Shown: positions 1 to 8,427 of the stretch, in pieces
Layout: each line of letters opens with the position of its first letter
Numbering within the stretch: position 1 is the first letter of the stretch
Source of the DNA: Candidatus Aenigmatarchaeota archaeon
Lineage (GTDB): Archaea > Aenigmatarchaeota > Aenigmatarchaeia > QMZP01 > QMZT01
Assembly: GCA_043808015.1 (NCBI GenBank)
Contig: JAZDFI010000003.1
Location: 1 to 20,541, forward strand
Direction: 5' to 3'
Length of the DNA stretch: 20,541 nucleotides
The notes under the pieces: generated by a model
Seen by the model: only the letters and a program-made list of their open reading frames with translations
Told to the model about the DNA's origin: nothing
Database searches by the model: none
Translations under genes and position numbers: made by a program

Positions 1-1
1 C

Positions 2-562
2 CTCGTGGAGAAAGACATAGAGGATTTCATGGTTCTCGCGAAGACGGCGATAGAGGCCGCTAACTCGCTCCGCCAGAAGACCGAGATAAAGCTGAAGTGG
101 CCCGTGTCAGAGCTGGTAATCGCGGCGAATGGCGAGGCGGCGGAAAACGCTCTGAAAAGCATGGAGCCCATCCTGCGCAACATGGCGAACGTGGAAAAGG
201 TCATCTTTGTCAAAGGTCTTGAAGAGAAACACAAAGAGACGCTGGATTTCGAGCATGGAAAGCTGGCGCTGGGCGACGTCCTGGAAGACAAGGCTTTCGC
301 GCGCGAGCTCATGCGCACGATACAGATGGCGAGGAAGAAGGAAGGCCTGAATGTGAACGAACGCATCGAACTGTGGGTCGAAGCGGAAGGCAAGGCCGAG
401 TCGCTGCTGGAGCGCAGCAAAGACATGGTTCTCAGGGAAGTGGGCGCTCAGAAACTCCACAGGGGCCTGCCGCACAAGGTCGGTATAAAGGGAACGCTCG
501 AATTCGACGGGAAAAAAGTCAAGGTCTATTTCGAGCGAGCCGATAAAACCCATAAACAATAA
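2..562 (+). CDS. ileS: Isoleucyl-tRNA synthetase, C-terminal part (5'-truncated by window edge)
   Basis: Frame is open from the window start. ANSLRQKTEIKLKWPV and ARELMRTIQMARKKEGLNVNERIEL resemble the C-terminal region of archaeal/eukaryote-type IleRS. HIGH/KMSKS motifs lie outside the window. Confidence 0.8.
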   Translation, partial: LVEKDIEDFMVLAKTAIEAANSLRQKTEIKLKWPVSELVIAANGEAAENALKSMEPILRNMANVEKVIFVKGLEEKHKETLDFEHGKLALGDVLEDKAFARELMRTIQMARKKEGLNVNERIELWVEAEGKAESLLERSKDMVLREVGAQKLHRGLPHKVGIKGTLEFDGKKVKVYFERADKTHKQ

Positions 563-616
563 AGATAAAGGCATCGTTTTTTAAAGCATTTAAGAATGAC
601 AACAGAATAATAAAAT

Positions 617-856
617 ATGGGTTATAAGATAGTCGTCTGGCCTGTAATCGTGTTTCTGATATTCCTTTCCCTCTACGCGTTTGGCGTCGTGCCCGGCTAC
701 TGGACTCTCATGTTCGCGGTCATATACATAGTCGTGGGCTTCGTCGTCGGCGTGCTCCTGCTCGGCTCCGGCCGCGAGAGCATGAAGATGGGCATACCAA
801 TGCTAATACTGGGCATAATACTTTTCCTGATAGTCTACTTATTCCCGCACGTTTAA
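617..856 (+). CDS. Small integral membrane protein (79 aa, about 3 TM helices), unknown function
   Basis: ATG after an AT-rich spacer; three hydrophobic stretches; codon style like its neighbours. Confidence 0.7.
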   Translation: MGYKIVVWPVIVFLIFLSLYAFGVVPGYWTLMFAVIYIVVGFVVGVLLLGSGRESMKMGIPMLILGIILFLIVYLFPHV

Positions 857-912
857 GACGCTTGGATAAAACCCGTGGAAATCTTTAAAAAGAATGGATT
901 AGAACATGCTTT

Positions 913-1965
913 ATGCGGGCAGATAAAATAATAGGCAAACCCGACATCGCCAGGACAAAGGCATGGATGAGCGGCAGCGGACGCAAGATTCTCGTCTACC
1001 ACAGGGACGCCGACGGCGTATGCTCTGCTGCGTTGTTTCTCAAGTTCTTCTCGGGCTTCGAGACCCTGCCGCGCGAAGGGCCGGTCATAGACAATGATTT
1101 TCTCAAGATATTAATTGAAAAAAAGCCCGACGTGCTGGTCTTCCTGGACATACCCGTGGACCAAGAATGGAAGAAAATCCATAAGCTTCAGGAGAACGTC
1201 GCCGGCATGAAGATGATGATACTCGACCACCACATTCCCGTAAAGGACATGAACTCCGAGCGCCTGGTCCACATAAACCCCATGTTCCACGGCGACCTCT
1301 ACATACCAGCGTCGTGCGTGATGTTTCAACTGCTCAAGAGCATGGGTTTCGCCGCCGACGAATGGATGTGGATTGCCATCATCGGCCTGATAGGCGACTA
1401 CGGCATGAAGGACTGCGCCTGGATGATGCAAGAATACGATGCGAAGAAGATGGACCCGCCGTGCAAGTCGCTTTTCCGCGCGTCCGACATCATCTCGTCT
1501 TCCATAACACTCAAGGGCGCCGAAGGCGCGGAGAAGTCGCTGCGTCTCATTGTCAAGAGCCAGAAATACGACGACCTGAAGAATTCAGAAGAGCTCAAGA
1601 AATGGAATGAGATAGTCCAGGGCGAAGTCAAGAAAATAGTGGACGATTTCGAGAAGTGTAAGGAAGTCGCCGCCAAGCGCATCATATTCTACGAGATACG
1701 CAGCAAGATGAACATCACTTCGATAATAGCGACCATAACCGCGGAGAAGCATCCTGAAGCGATAATCATAATAAGGAAGAGATCAGGCGACTTCTGGAAG
1801 ATATCGCTCCGCTGCCAGGAAGGCAACGTCAATGTGGGCGACCTGTCTAAGTTCGCTTCGGATGGCATAGGCTCCGGCGGCGGGCACGTGAAGTCATCGG
1901 GCGCGCTGGTCAACAGCTGGGAAACGTTCAAAGAGCGCGTGTTCCTTTACCTAGAAAAGGCCTGA
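913..1965 (+). CDS. DHH/DHHA1 family phosphoesterase (RecJ/NrnA-like)
   Basis: Motifs YHRDADG, FLD, ILDHH, GLIGD and the C-terminal DHHA1 GGGH; TATA-like TTTAAAAA about 25 nt upstream. Confidence 0.9.
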   Translation: MRADKIIGKPDIARTKAWMSGSGRKILVYHRDADGVCSAALFLKFFSGFETLPREGPVIDNDFLKILIEKKPDVLVFLDIPVDQEWKKIHKLQENVAGMKMMILDHHIPVKDMNSERLVHINPMFHGDLYIPASCVMFQLLKSMGFAADEWMWIAIIGLIGDYGMKDCAWMMQEYDAKKMDPPCKSLFRASDIISSSITLKGAEGAEKSLRLIVKSQKYDDLKNSEELKKWNEIVQGEVKKIVDDFEKCKEVAAKRIIFYEIRSKMNITSIIATITAEKHPEAIIIIRKRSGDFWKISLRCQEGNVNVGDLSKFASDGIGSGGGHVKSSGALVNSWETFKERVFLYLEKA

Positions 1966-2042
1966 AAACGAACCTGAAAGGCTTTAAAAATCCTCTTTCT
2001 ATAAGTTTTTACTATAAAGTGACAAATATATATTGTGATATT

Positions 2043-2894
2043 ATGTGGAAGCGCGCCAGAAAGGACCCTTGGAAAGTTGCCCTTGAAAAATACGGCGATA
2101 AATTGATGGACCCCCGTGAAAAAATTGACATAACCATCGGGGAGGAGGAAGCGCCCAAAAGAAAATCCAAGGCGCCTGTTTTCCTGTTTCTTCTCGGTTT
2201 GCTGGCGTCTAACAGGATGATAAGGGACCCGAAAGGCAGCGTCCGGACAATCGATGAATTCAGGGGACCAGTTCCCGACGACGTCGCCGCGGCCAACCCT
2301 GAGGTGCACGGCATCGAAGGCGTGACCGAAGACGTCGCGAGGAACATATACGCATGGATTAAGAAATACAACGGCGGCGAATACGTCAACAGTAATACAG
2401 GGGATGTCCGCATTCTTTACAAGCTCCTGCTGAACGACCCAAAGACCGCACAGAAGCTCCTGCGCGAAACGAGGAAGAGCAAAACCCTCATTAAGCCGGA
2501 GGACATGCAGTTTCTTACGTTCGGCTCGGCCATAGACTACGGCCACAGCGGCGACATGACGCATCTGATAGAGCAAAGCGGCATAGACGACAGGACAAGG
2601 GAAAGGCCGCAGAGAATACTGGACAAATATTACCGTTCGCTGCCAGCTTATCTGCAAAACGTGAGAGACGTCGTTGCGGAGCATCTCATGAACGGCGACC
2701 ACTCCCCCATTTATGCAGCTGAAGTCAAAAGGGTATTCGGATACGGCGAAGATGACGGACTGTTCGACGTGGACGTATACACGGTAAAGAACGAGATGAG
2801 AAAGCTCAGGTTCTACATCAAGAACAATAATGTGCGCGGCTGGTGGATGCTTTCCGAAGACGGAAATTCCATTGCGACGGATTTCAGTTTTTAG
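2043..2894 (+). CDS. Hypothetical protein with a single hydrophobic anchor
   Basis: Long ORF with host-like codon bias. ATG 2043 preferred over GTG 2019 because it follows an AT-rich TATA-like segment. Basic patch (PKRKSK) then hydrophobic PVFLFLLGLLA. Confidence 0.65.
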   Translation: MWKRARKDPWKVALEKYGDKLMDPREKIDITIGEEEAPKRKSKAPVFLFLLGLLASNRMIRDPKGSVRTIDEFRGPVPDDVAAANPEVHGIEGVTEDVARNIYAWIKKYNGGEYVNSNTGDVRILYKLLLNDPKTAQKLLRETRKSKTLIKPEDMQFLTFGSAIDYGHSGDMTHLIEQSGIDDRTRERPQRILDKYYRSLPAYLQNVRDVVAEHLMNGDHSPIYAAEVKRVFGYGEDDGLFDVDVYTVKNEMRKLRFYIKNNNVRGWWMLSEDGNSIATDFSF

Positions 2895-3034
2895 GCGGAT
2901 ACTCATACGTTTGTACTATTTCCAGTCACCCCGTCAGACCCACCCCCCCGTTCCTGAACATTAACCGTTTGTTATGCCGGGAAAAAAACGATATAAAATT
3001 TTATATGAATATACTATTTATTCTGTCGCTAGCG

Positions 3035-3862
3035 TTATTCGCCCGTGTTTATGAACGTAGTAGTGTCGTAGCCATCGAAAGCGTCGCGGCTGCCGGGATA
3101 GTCGCCGGTCGTGCTGTCAATGACGATATAGAAAGAGTCGATGTTCTTGCCCATCTCAAGTGTCTTCTGGAGCGTCTCGCACTCCTTGCTGTTCTCGCCG
3201 AAAACGACGAAGTTGAACGGCTTCTCGCTGAAGTACGGCGTATATCGCTCGAGTATGTTCTTGTAGAACTTCAGGAACGAGTCCAGGTCCTGCTCCACCT
3301 TCAATATGACGAAAACGTGGCCCTTGTCAGGCCTGTAAACTTCGACGATGCTGGCGTCCATGCCTATCGCCTCATACATGCTGGCGAGCAGTATCGAGTA
3401 GTCGTCACAGTCGCCTCCCATCGCATCCCACGTTTCCATGGGAGTCGCGACGTACTCGTCTTTCCTCGGGTCGGAGACATAATATATCCTGTTGGAGACC
3501 TCGTTGTAGACGCCGAAGACCTTTGTCGCCGGCGCGTTGGGAGCGGAATATTTGACCACGGACTTGACGGCTATGTTGCGCACCGCGCTCGTGTTGACCT
3601 TTGGCGAGAACTCCTCGTCATTCTCGAACGTCACGTTCCAGAAGCATCTCCACTGATTGCGAAAGGTGATGGGCTCCTTGCAGTAACAGGTGTTCTCGGT
3701 CACGTAAGCGACCTCGCCTTTCTGCGAGCACATCTTGTTGCACTGCTCCTCGACGGAGAGCGTCGCCCCGACCAGCGATTCCTCGATGTACTTGAGTTCG
3801 AAAGCCAGGCCTCCGAGCAGGACGGCGACTATGAGAACGAGAATCGCCTTCTGCATGTCCAT
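3035..3862 (-). CDS. Membrane-anchored/secreted transglutaminase-like (Cys-His-Asp) protein
   Basis: GGDCDDYSILLASM (catalytic Cys), GHVF (His), VIDST (Asp); N-terminal hydrophobic helix KAILVLIVAVLLGGLAF. Start at ATG 3862 or 3856. Confidence 0.85.
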   Translation of the reverse strand: MDMQKAILVLIVAVLLGGLAFELKYIEESLVGATLSVEEQCNKMCSQKGEVAYVTENTCYCKEPITFRNQWRCFWNVTFENDEEFSPKVNTSAVRNIAVKSVVKYSAPNAPATKVFGVYNEVSNRIYYVSDPRKDEYVATPMETWDAMGGDCDDYSILLASMYEAIGMDASIVEVYRPDKGHVFVILKVEQDLDSFLKFYKNILERYTPYFSEKPFNFVVFGENSKECETLQKTLEMGKNIDSFYIVIDSTTGDYPGSRDAFDGYDTTTFINTGE

Positions 3863-3882
3863 ATTAAATATTTGAGCGGCTC

Positions 3883-3902
3883 TTATAAAAACGGTTTTAT
3901 AA
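3883..3902. promoter_or_regulatory. Back-to-back TATA boxes of a divergent promoter (transglutaminase-like gene / nop5)
   Basis: Inverted repeat TTATAAAA-ACGG-TTTTATAA gives TTTTATAA on each strand, 20-32 nt before each start codon. Confidence 0.65.
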
Positions 3903-3933
3903 AACGCGAGCAAATATACTATAAGTGATTTTC

Positions 3934-5034
3934 ATGAAAGCATACGTTGCGAATAACATTGCGGGCGTGTTCGCCTTCGACGAGCACGGCAAGGTCATAG
4001 CCATGAGGCTCTTCCCGAAAGACGCGGAAGCGATAGCCGAGCGGCTTGATGCATCGAGAGCCGGCGGCCTGATAGACGAGGAGCGCGCCGTCCTCGAGGA
4101 GCTGAGACGAAAGGGAATCGTCGAGATAGTCATGGACAAGAGCGCGCGCATCGATGGTCTCAGCATAACTGTCGAAGCGGAACACAAGGGCAAGAAGCTC
4201 GCCTCCGATGATTTCAGGAAGCTCGCCGCCGAAGCGGAATGGATAGTCACGCCCGCCCAGATGAACATGATCATGAGCAAGGTCAACGTCATCCTCGCCG
4301 GCAGGAAGATAAAGTCCGTCAGCAAGGACAAGGTCATAATCCAGGTAATAGGCGTCGTTGACGAGCTCGAAAACGACCTCAACTCGCTTTACGAGCGCCT
4401 GCGAGAATGGTATGGACTGCACTTCCCGGAACTATCTAAGGAAATGAAGTCGCACGAGCGTTTCGCTGAAGTCGTGCAGAAATACGGCTCCCGCGATAAG
4501 ATAGACGATGCCCAACTGGTCAATCTGGCATCCAGGTCCATAGGCATGAGCTTCAACGACGAAGATGCGGCCGTCGCTTCTGCGTTTGCCAAGTCAGTTC
4601 TTGAGATGACGAAGACCAGGGAAAAACTGTCCAAGTATCTCGAGCTCGTGTGCGGCGAGACCATGCCCAACCTTTCGGCGATAGCCGGGCACCTGCTGGC
4701 AGCGAGGATGGTCGCCCAGGCCGGCGGGTTGGAGAAGATAGCCAAGATGCCGAGTTCGACGATACAGCTTCTCGGAGCTGAGAAAGCGCTGTTCCGCCAT
4801 CTCAAGGGGCAGGGCCGCGCCCCAAAATACGGCGTGCTCTTCGGACACCCGCTCATACAGCAGGCGCCGAAGCATCTAAGGGGCAAGGTCGCGAGGCTCA
4901 TCGCCTCCAAGCTCTCGCTTGCGGCCAAGATGGATTTCTATTCCAAGCGCGACGACAGCAAGATGATGAGAGGGGACATGGACAAAAGGGTCCAGGCGCT
5001 CATCAAAGGCTCTGGCGGAGATGAAGGTCAATGA
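3934..5034 (+). CDS. nop5: Box C/D RNP scaffold protein Nop5 (Nop56/58)
   Basis: ERLREWYGLHFPEL, MPSSTIQLLGAEKALF and PKYG motifs. ATG 3934, alternative GTG 3925. Confidence 0.95.
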   Translation: MKAYVANNIAGVFAFDEHGKVIAMRLFPKDAEAIAERLDASRAGGLIDEERAVLEELRRKGIVEIVMDKSARIDGLSITVEAEHKGKKLASDDFRKLAAEAEWIVTPAQMNMIMSKVNVILAGRKIKSVSKDKVIIQVIGVVDELENDLNSLYERLREWYGLHFPELSKEMKSHERFAEVVQKYGSRDKIDDAQLVNLASRSIGMSFNDEDAAVASAFAKSVLEMTKTREKLSKYLELVCGETMPNLSAIAGHLLAARMVAQAGGLEKIAKMPSSTIQLLGAEKALFRHLKGQGRAPKYGVLFGHPLIQQAPKHLRGKVARLIASKLSLAAKMDFYSKRDDSKMMRGDMDKRVQALIKGSGGDEGQ

Positions 5035-6044
5035 AAGCCGGAAGAAAAGACGAGCACGTTGACCTGGAAAAGAGGGTCTTCGACGTCACGAACGAGCGAA
5101 TGCCCGGAGGGGCGTGGTGGTGGTGGTTCTGGCTGTTTTTCTTCGACAACCCGAAAGACCCGTCCAAGCCCCGCCAGCTGATGATACTGTGGTCCGCCAA
5201 GAACGTGAAGAAAATAAACTGCAACAATCTCAACATAAGCGTGAAGCTGCCGCTTGACAAGGGGAATCTCGATGGAGCCGTCGCAGCCTGGTATTTCGAC
5301 GGCGAGCGGATGCACCACAACTTCCTTCTGGAGCAGTGCAACATAAAGGTCAGCGAAAGGGGATTGTCGTCCGAGTCCGGAACGCCGACATCATTCTCCA
5401 TCGCCGGAAAGAAAAGCGTGGTCAGGATAGGCGATAAATTCGAGTTCATCGCTGTCGAGAGCGCTAGCGACGAGTTCAGAAAGGCATGCTATCACAACAG
5501 GAATTTCATAGGGGACAAGGGATATTCGATAATGAAGGTCAATCACGCCAACCTCACGGGAAACGTGGACGGCGAAAAGATAAACGGCTCAGCGTATTTC
5601 CAGAGAGTCTTCGTAAACGCCCCGGCCATACCGTGGTACTGGGGCATATTTCATTTCGACCGCGGGGCCGTCATGACATACACGAACCACATGGTGCTCG
5701 GAAAATCCATAAGAAAGGACATATCGCTTTTCGACGGCGAGCGTGTGCACAAGTTCGACAGCATCAAAGTGAAAAGGTCCGAAGCGACGCTGCCAACTTT
5801 CAGGATAACTGGAGAGAATGAACAGGAAAGGATAAACTTCTCCGTCGTATCGTACGCGCATTCCTCATGGACTTTCCGCAAGAAGTCACGCGGCGTAATA
5901 CCCAACAAGCTCGTTTACAACGAGTATCCGGCCACCATAACCGACATCGAGATTGAGGACAAAGCGACCGGGGCGAAGGTCACGTCAAAGGAACTCGGCA
6001 GGGCCGTCGGGAACGCGGAGCACGCGACTGGTATGCTTTTCTGA
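5031..6044 (+). CDS. Hypothetical Trp-rich, beta-rich protein (possible AttH/tocopherol-cyclase-like fold)
   Basis: 337-aa ORF overlapping the nop5 stop (ATGA). AWWWWFWLFFF and a second PWYWGIFHF repeat suggest a duplicated beta domain; the fold is inference. Confidence 0.7.
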   Translation: MKAGRKDEHVDLEKRVFDVTNERMPGGAWWWWFWLFFFDNPKDPSKPRQLMILWSAKNVKKINCNNLNISVKLPLDKGNLDGAVAAWYFDGERMHHNFLLEQCNIKVSERGLSSESGTPTSFSIAGKKSVVRIGDKFEFIAVESASDEFRKACYHNRNFIGDKGYSIMKVNHANLTGNVDGEKINGSAYFQRVFVNAPAIPWYWGIFHFDRGAVMTYTNHMVLGKSIRKDISLFDGERVHKFDSIKVKRSEATLPTFRITGENEQERINFSVVSYAHSSWTFRKKSRGVIPNKLVYNEYPATITDIEIEDKATGAKVTSKELGRAVGNAEHATGMLF

Positions 6045-6075
6045 AAATTTAAAACTTATTTTCAATTAAAATAAT

Positions 6076-6834
6076 ATGCGCAGACGAGACTTCGTTATAG
6101 ACACATCATCCATTCTTGCAAGTTTCGTGTTCGGCTTTGCTGGCGAACAGAAAGCCGCTCCCGGCACGATTCTCGTTGCCAACGTGCCTGACTTCACCAT
6201 GGAATTGCTCGCTGACGGAAGGTCTGTTAAAAAATACGAAATTTCCGTGGGAAGGCCGGAAACGTCCACGCCTTTGGGCGAATATTCCATACTAACGAAG
6301 GCCAACTGGGACAGCCAGTTCGCCGGAACGTGGATGAGGTTCAAGGAAAACGGTGAATTCGGGGGGTGGGGAATCCACGGTTATCCGCACAGGGAATTTA
6401 ACGGCCATGCCGTTTCCCAGGGATGTATAAGGATGCTGCCTGAGGAGGCCGAAGAGTTGAAGAAAAGCGTTTCTGTTGGAACGCCGCTGATAAACGTTTA
6501 TGAGATTTTAATCCCGGGCGAAGAATTTTTGGAACTGTGCTCGGACATATACGGTCGTGTAAAGAATCCCGAGGATAAAATATCTTTGCTGATGACTGAT
6601 AGAGGCCTTAGATTAGACAAGCCCAAACTTGCAGACAAGTTGAACGAATGGGCGGATAAAACGCAAAAATACAGGATCACCCAGAAGGCGTTGTACACAA
6701 AGTACATAAAAAATCTCCCACCCGACCAGATGCATCCAAATCTTATAAAAGACAATCCGGAAATAATGGAATATCTCGATATTATGAAAAATAATTCAAA
6801 GACATACCTGCGAATAAACAAAATCGTTTCCTAG
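6076..6834 (+). CDS. L,D-transpeptidase catalytic-domain protein (YkuD/ErfK family) with Tat-like N-terminus
   Basis: YEISVGRPETSTPLGEYSI and GIHGYPHREFNGHAVSQGCIRM (His...SxGC); N-terminal MRRRDFV followed by a hydrophobic stretch. Confidence 0.85.
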   Translation: MRRRDFVIDTSSILASFVFGFAGEQKAAPGTILVANVPDFTMELLADGRSVKKYEISVGRPETSTPLGEYSILTKANWDSQFAGTWMRFKENGEFGGWGIHGYPHREFNGHAVSQGCIRMLPEEAEELKKSVSVGTPLINVYEILIPGEEFLELCSDIYGRVKNPEDKISLLMTDRGLRLDKPKLADKLNEWADKTQKYRITQKALYTKYIKNLPPDQMHPNLIKDNPEIMEYLDIMKNNSKTYLRINKIVS

Positions 6835-7493
6835 ATTTTCTTCATGACAAGGAACATGTGGTCTTTTTCAAAAGGGTCCAGCCTGACTTTGCTCAGGATT
6901 TTGAAATGATCTTCCAGCTTGGCGATTTCCTGCCTGTAGATTTCTTCCGGGTTTTTGATTACGTCGATAGACCTCGATTTTATGGCAATCATGGCGAAGC
7001 CATCCGGCTTCAGGAAGCGTTCACAGTTGCGTATCATGATGGCGCTCTGGTCGTCAGAAGCGACGTCCTCGAACACGATATCGACTTTCTCAATCCACCC
7101 GTATTCCTCCGGCTTGCGCGCGTCCGCGACAATCGGGACTATGTTCCCTCGCTTCTCGGCTATCGGGTTCAAATCGCGCACGCAGCGTTCCGAGATTTCG
7201 ACGCCGTAGATTATCCCTTCGCTGCCGACGATGTCCGAGAAGAACGTGGAAGTTTGTCCGCTAGCTATGCCCAGGTAAAGCACCTTCGCTTTCTCAACCA
7301 GCGGAAACGTCTTCAGCCCGTTCGCTATCGCGGCCGCCGGCTTCGAACGGTTGGGGTTCCACTCGCGGAACTCGTGGCCATCGGCTTCGACGAACGTTCT
7401 GCAGTATGTCTTGTCTCCTGGCAGGAGGTTCCTTGTAAAAATGTGTTTTCCTTGTCTCCACACGCCGGGGAAAATCTGCTCCATCTTTTCCAT
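6831..7493 (-). CDS. flpA: Fibrillarin-like rRNA/tRNA 2'-O-methyltransferase
   Basis: REWNPNRSK, VLYLGIASG, NIVPIVADARKP, AIKSRSID and LDPFEKDH motifs. Confidence 0.95.
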   Translation of the reverse strand: MEKMEQIFPGVWRQGKHIFTRNLLPGDKTYCRTFVEADGHEFREWNPNRSKPAAAIANGLKTFPLVEKAKVLYLGIASGQTSTFFSDIVGSEGIIYGVEISERCVRDLNPIAEKRGNIVPIVADARKPEEYGWIEKVDIVFEDVASDDQSAIMIRNCERFLKPDGFAMIAIKSRSIDVIKNPEEIYRQEIAKLEDHFKILSKVRLDPFEKDHMFLVMKKI

Positions 7494-7518
7494 GCGTTGT
7501 TATTTGAGAACGTGGCTT

Positions 7519-8403
7519 TTATCTTTTCTTTTCCGCGCGCCTGCCTAGAAAAAATATATAGCTCAGCAGGACCTGCACCAGCTTCGCCGCCAGGAAATCC
7601 GGCGCCTTGTTGCGCTCGTCCGGGCAGAGCTCGACGACGTCGAAGCCGACGATGTTCTTCTTCTCGACGACTGCGCGGAGCAGACGGGTGACTTCATACC
7701 AGCCAAGGCCGCCAGGTTCCGGCGTCCCTGTAGACGGCATGATGCCGATCTCGAAAACGTCGAGATCGATGGTTATGTAAACATTATCCGAGAGCGAATT
7801 GACTGCCTTGCTTATCCAGTCGTCCCTGCCGTGGATTTCATGCGCGTAGAAAACCTTGTCTTCATCCAGGCTTTCCATCTCGGATGAGTCGAAGCTGCGT
7901 ATGCCGACGGAGACGACTTTTCGCACGCTCTCCTTTGCGCGCGCTATTACGCAGCCGTGGTTGCATCTGCTGCCATGGTATTCGTCGCGCCTGTCGCCGT
8001 GCGCGTCCAGATGGAGGACGCTCAGACCAGCGAACTTCTCTGCGTGCGCGCGAATCGGGCCTACCGATATCGAATGCTCGCCGCCGAGCGTGACTACGAA
8101 CTTGCCGTCCGCTAGCAGCGCTTTCACCCGCTCATACGTGTCTTTAATCATGCTTTCCGGTGTTTTGGAAATGACGGGCTTGTCGGTGTAAATGCCATTG
8201 TCGCAAACCTCGGCCTTTGTCTCAGGCTCGCAGTACTCAAGATACCCGGAAGCTGAAACCAGGGCTTCAGGACCTTTGTCCGCCCCTTTCATCCACGTGC
8301 TTGTGCCGTCGAAAGGCACCGGAAGTATTGCTATCTGTGATTTTTTATATCCAGAATACGCCGGTGGAAGGTTCATGAATTTGCCGGAAAAACCGCTTTT
8401 CAT
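7519..8403 (-). CDS. speB: Agmatinase / N1-aminopropylagmatine ureohydrolase (arginase family)
   Basis: GGEHS, DAHGD, TIDLDV, TGTPEPGG and DVVEL metal-binding motifs; polyamine gene context. Confidence 0.93.
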   Translation of the reverse strand: MKSGFSGKFMNLPPAYSGYKKSQIAILPVPFDGTSTWMKGADKGPEALVSASGYLEYCEPETKAEVCDNGIYTDKPVISKTPESMIKDTYERVKALLADGKFVVTLGGEHSISVGPIRAHAEKFAGLSVLHLDAHGDRRDEYHGSRCNHGCVIARAKESVRKVVSVGIRSFDSSEMESLDEDKVFYAHEIHGRDDWISKAVNSLSDNVYITIDLDVFEIGIMPSTGTPEPGGLGWYEVTRLLRAVVEKKNIVGFDVVELCPDERNKAPDFLAAKLVQVLLSYIFFLGRRAEKKR

Positions 8404-8427
8404 ATTTCATCCTGCGCATAAAGCTTT

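Noticed and set aside
2-562. Functional link between ileS and agmatine synthesis (agmatidine on tRNA-Ile2)
   Set aside because: The genes are about 8 kb apart with unrelated genes between, and no tiaS or tRNA-Ile is visible.
1947-2906. 319-aa minus-strand ORF
   Set aside because: Antisense shadow of the plus-strand gene with no recognisable motifs; long antisense frames recur throughout this codon-biased window.
2843-3928. 361-aa plus-strand ORF
   Set aside because: Antisense to the transglutaminase-like gene, which has clear catalytic motifs.
3920-3945. Possible K-turn/L7Ae site at the nop5 5' end (GTGATTTTCATGA)
   Set aside because: No proper box C/box D pairing or flanking stem.
5109-5133. 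TGG repeat / G-rich run
   Set aside because: Explained by consecutive Trp codons.
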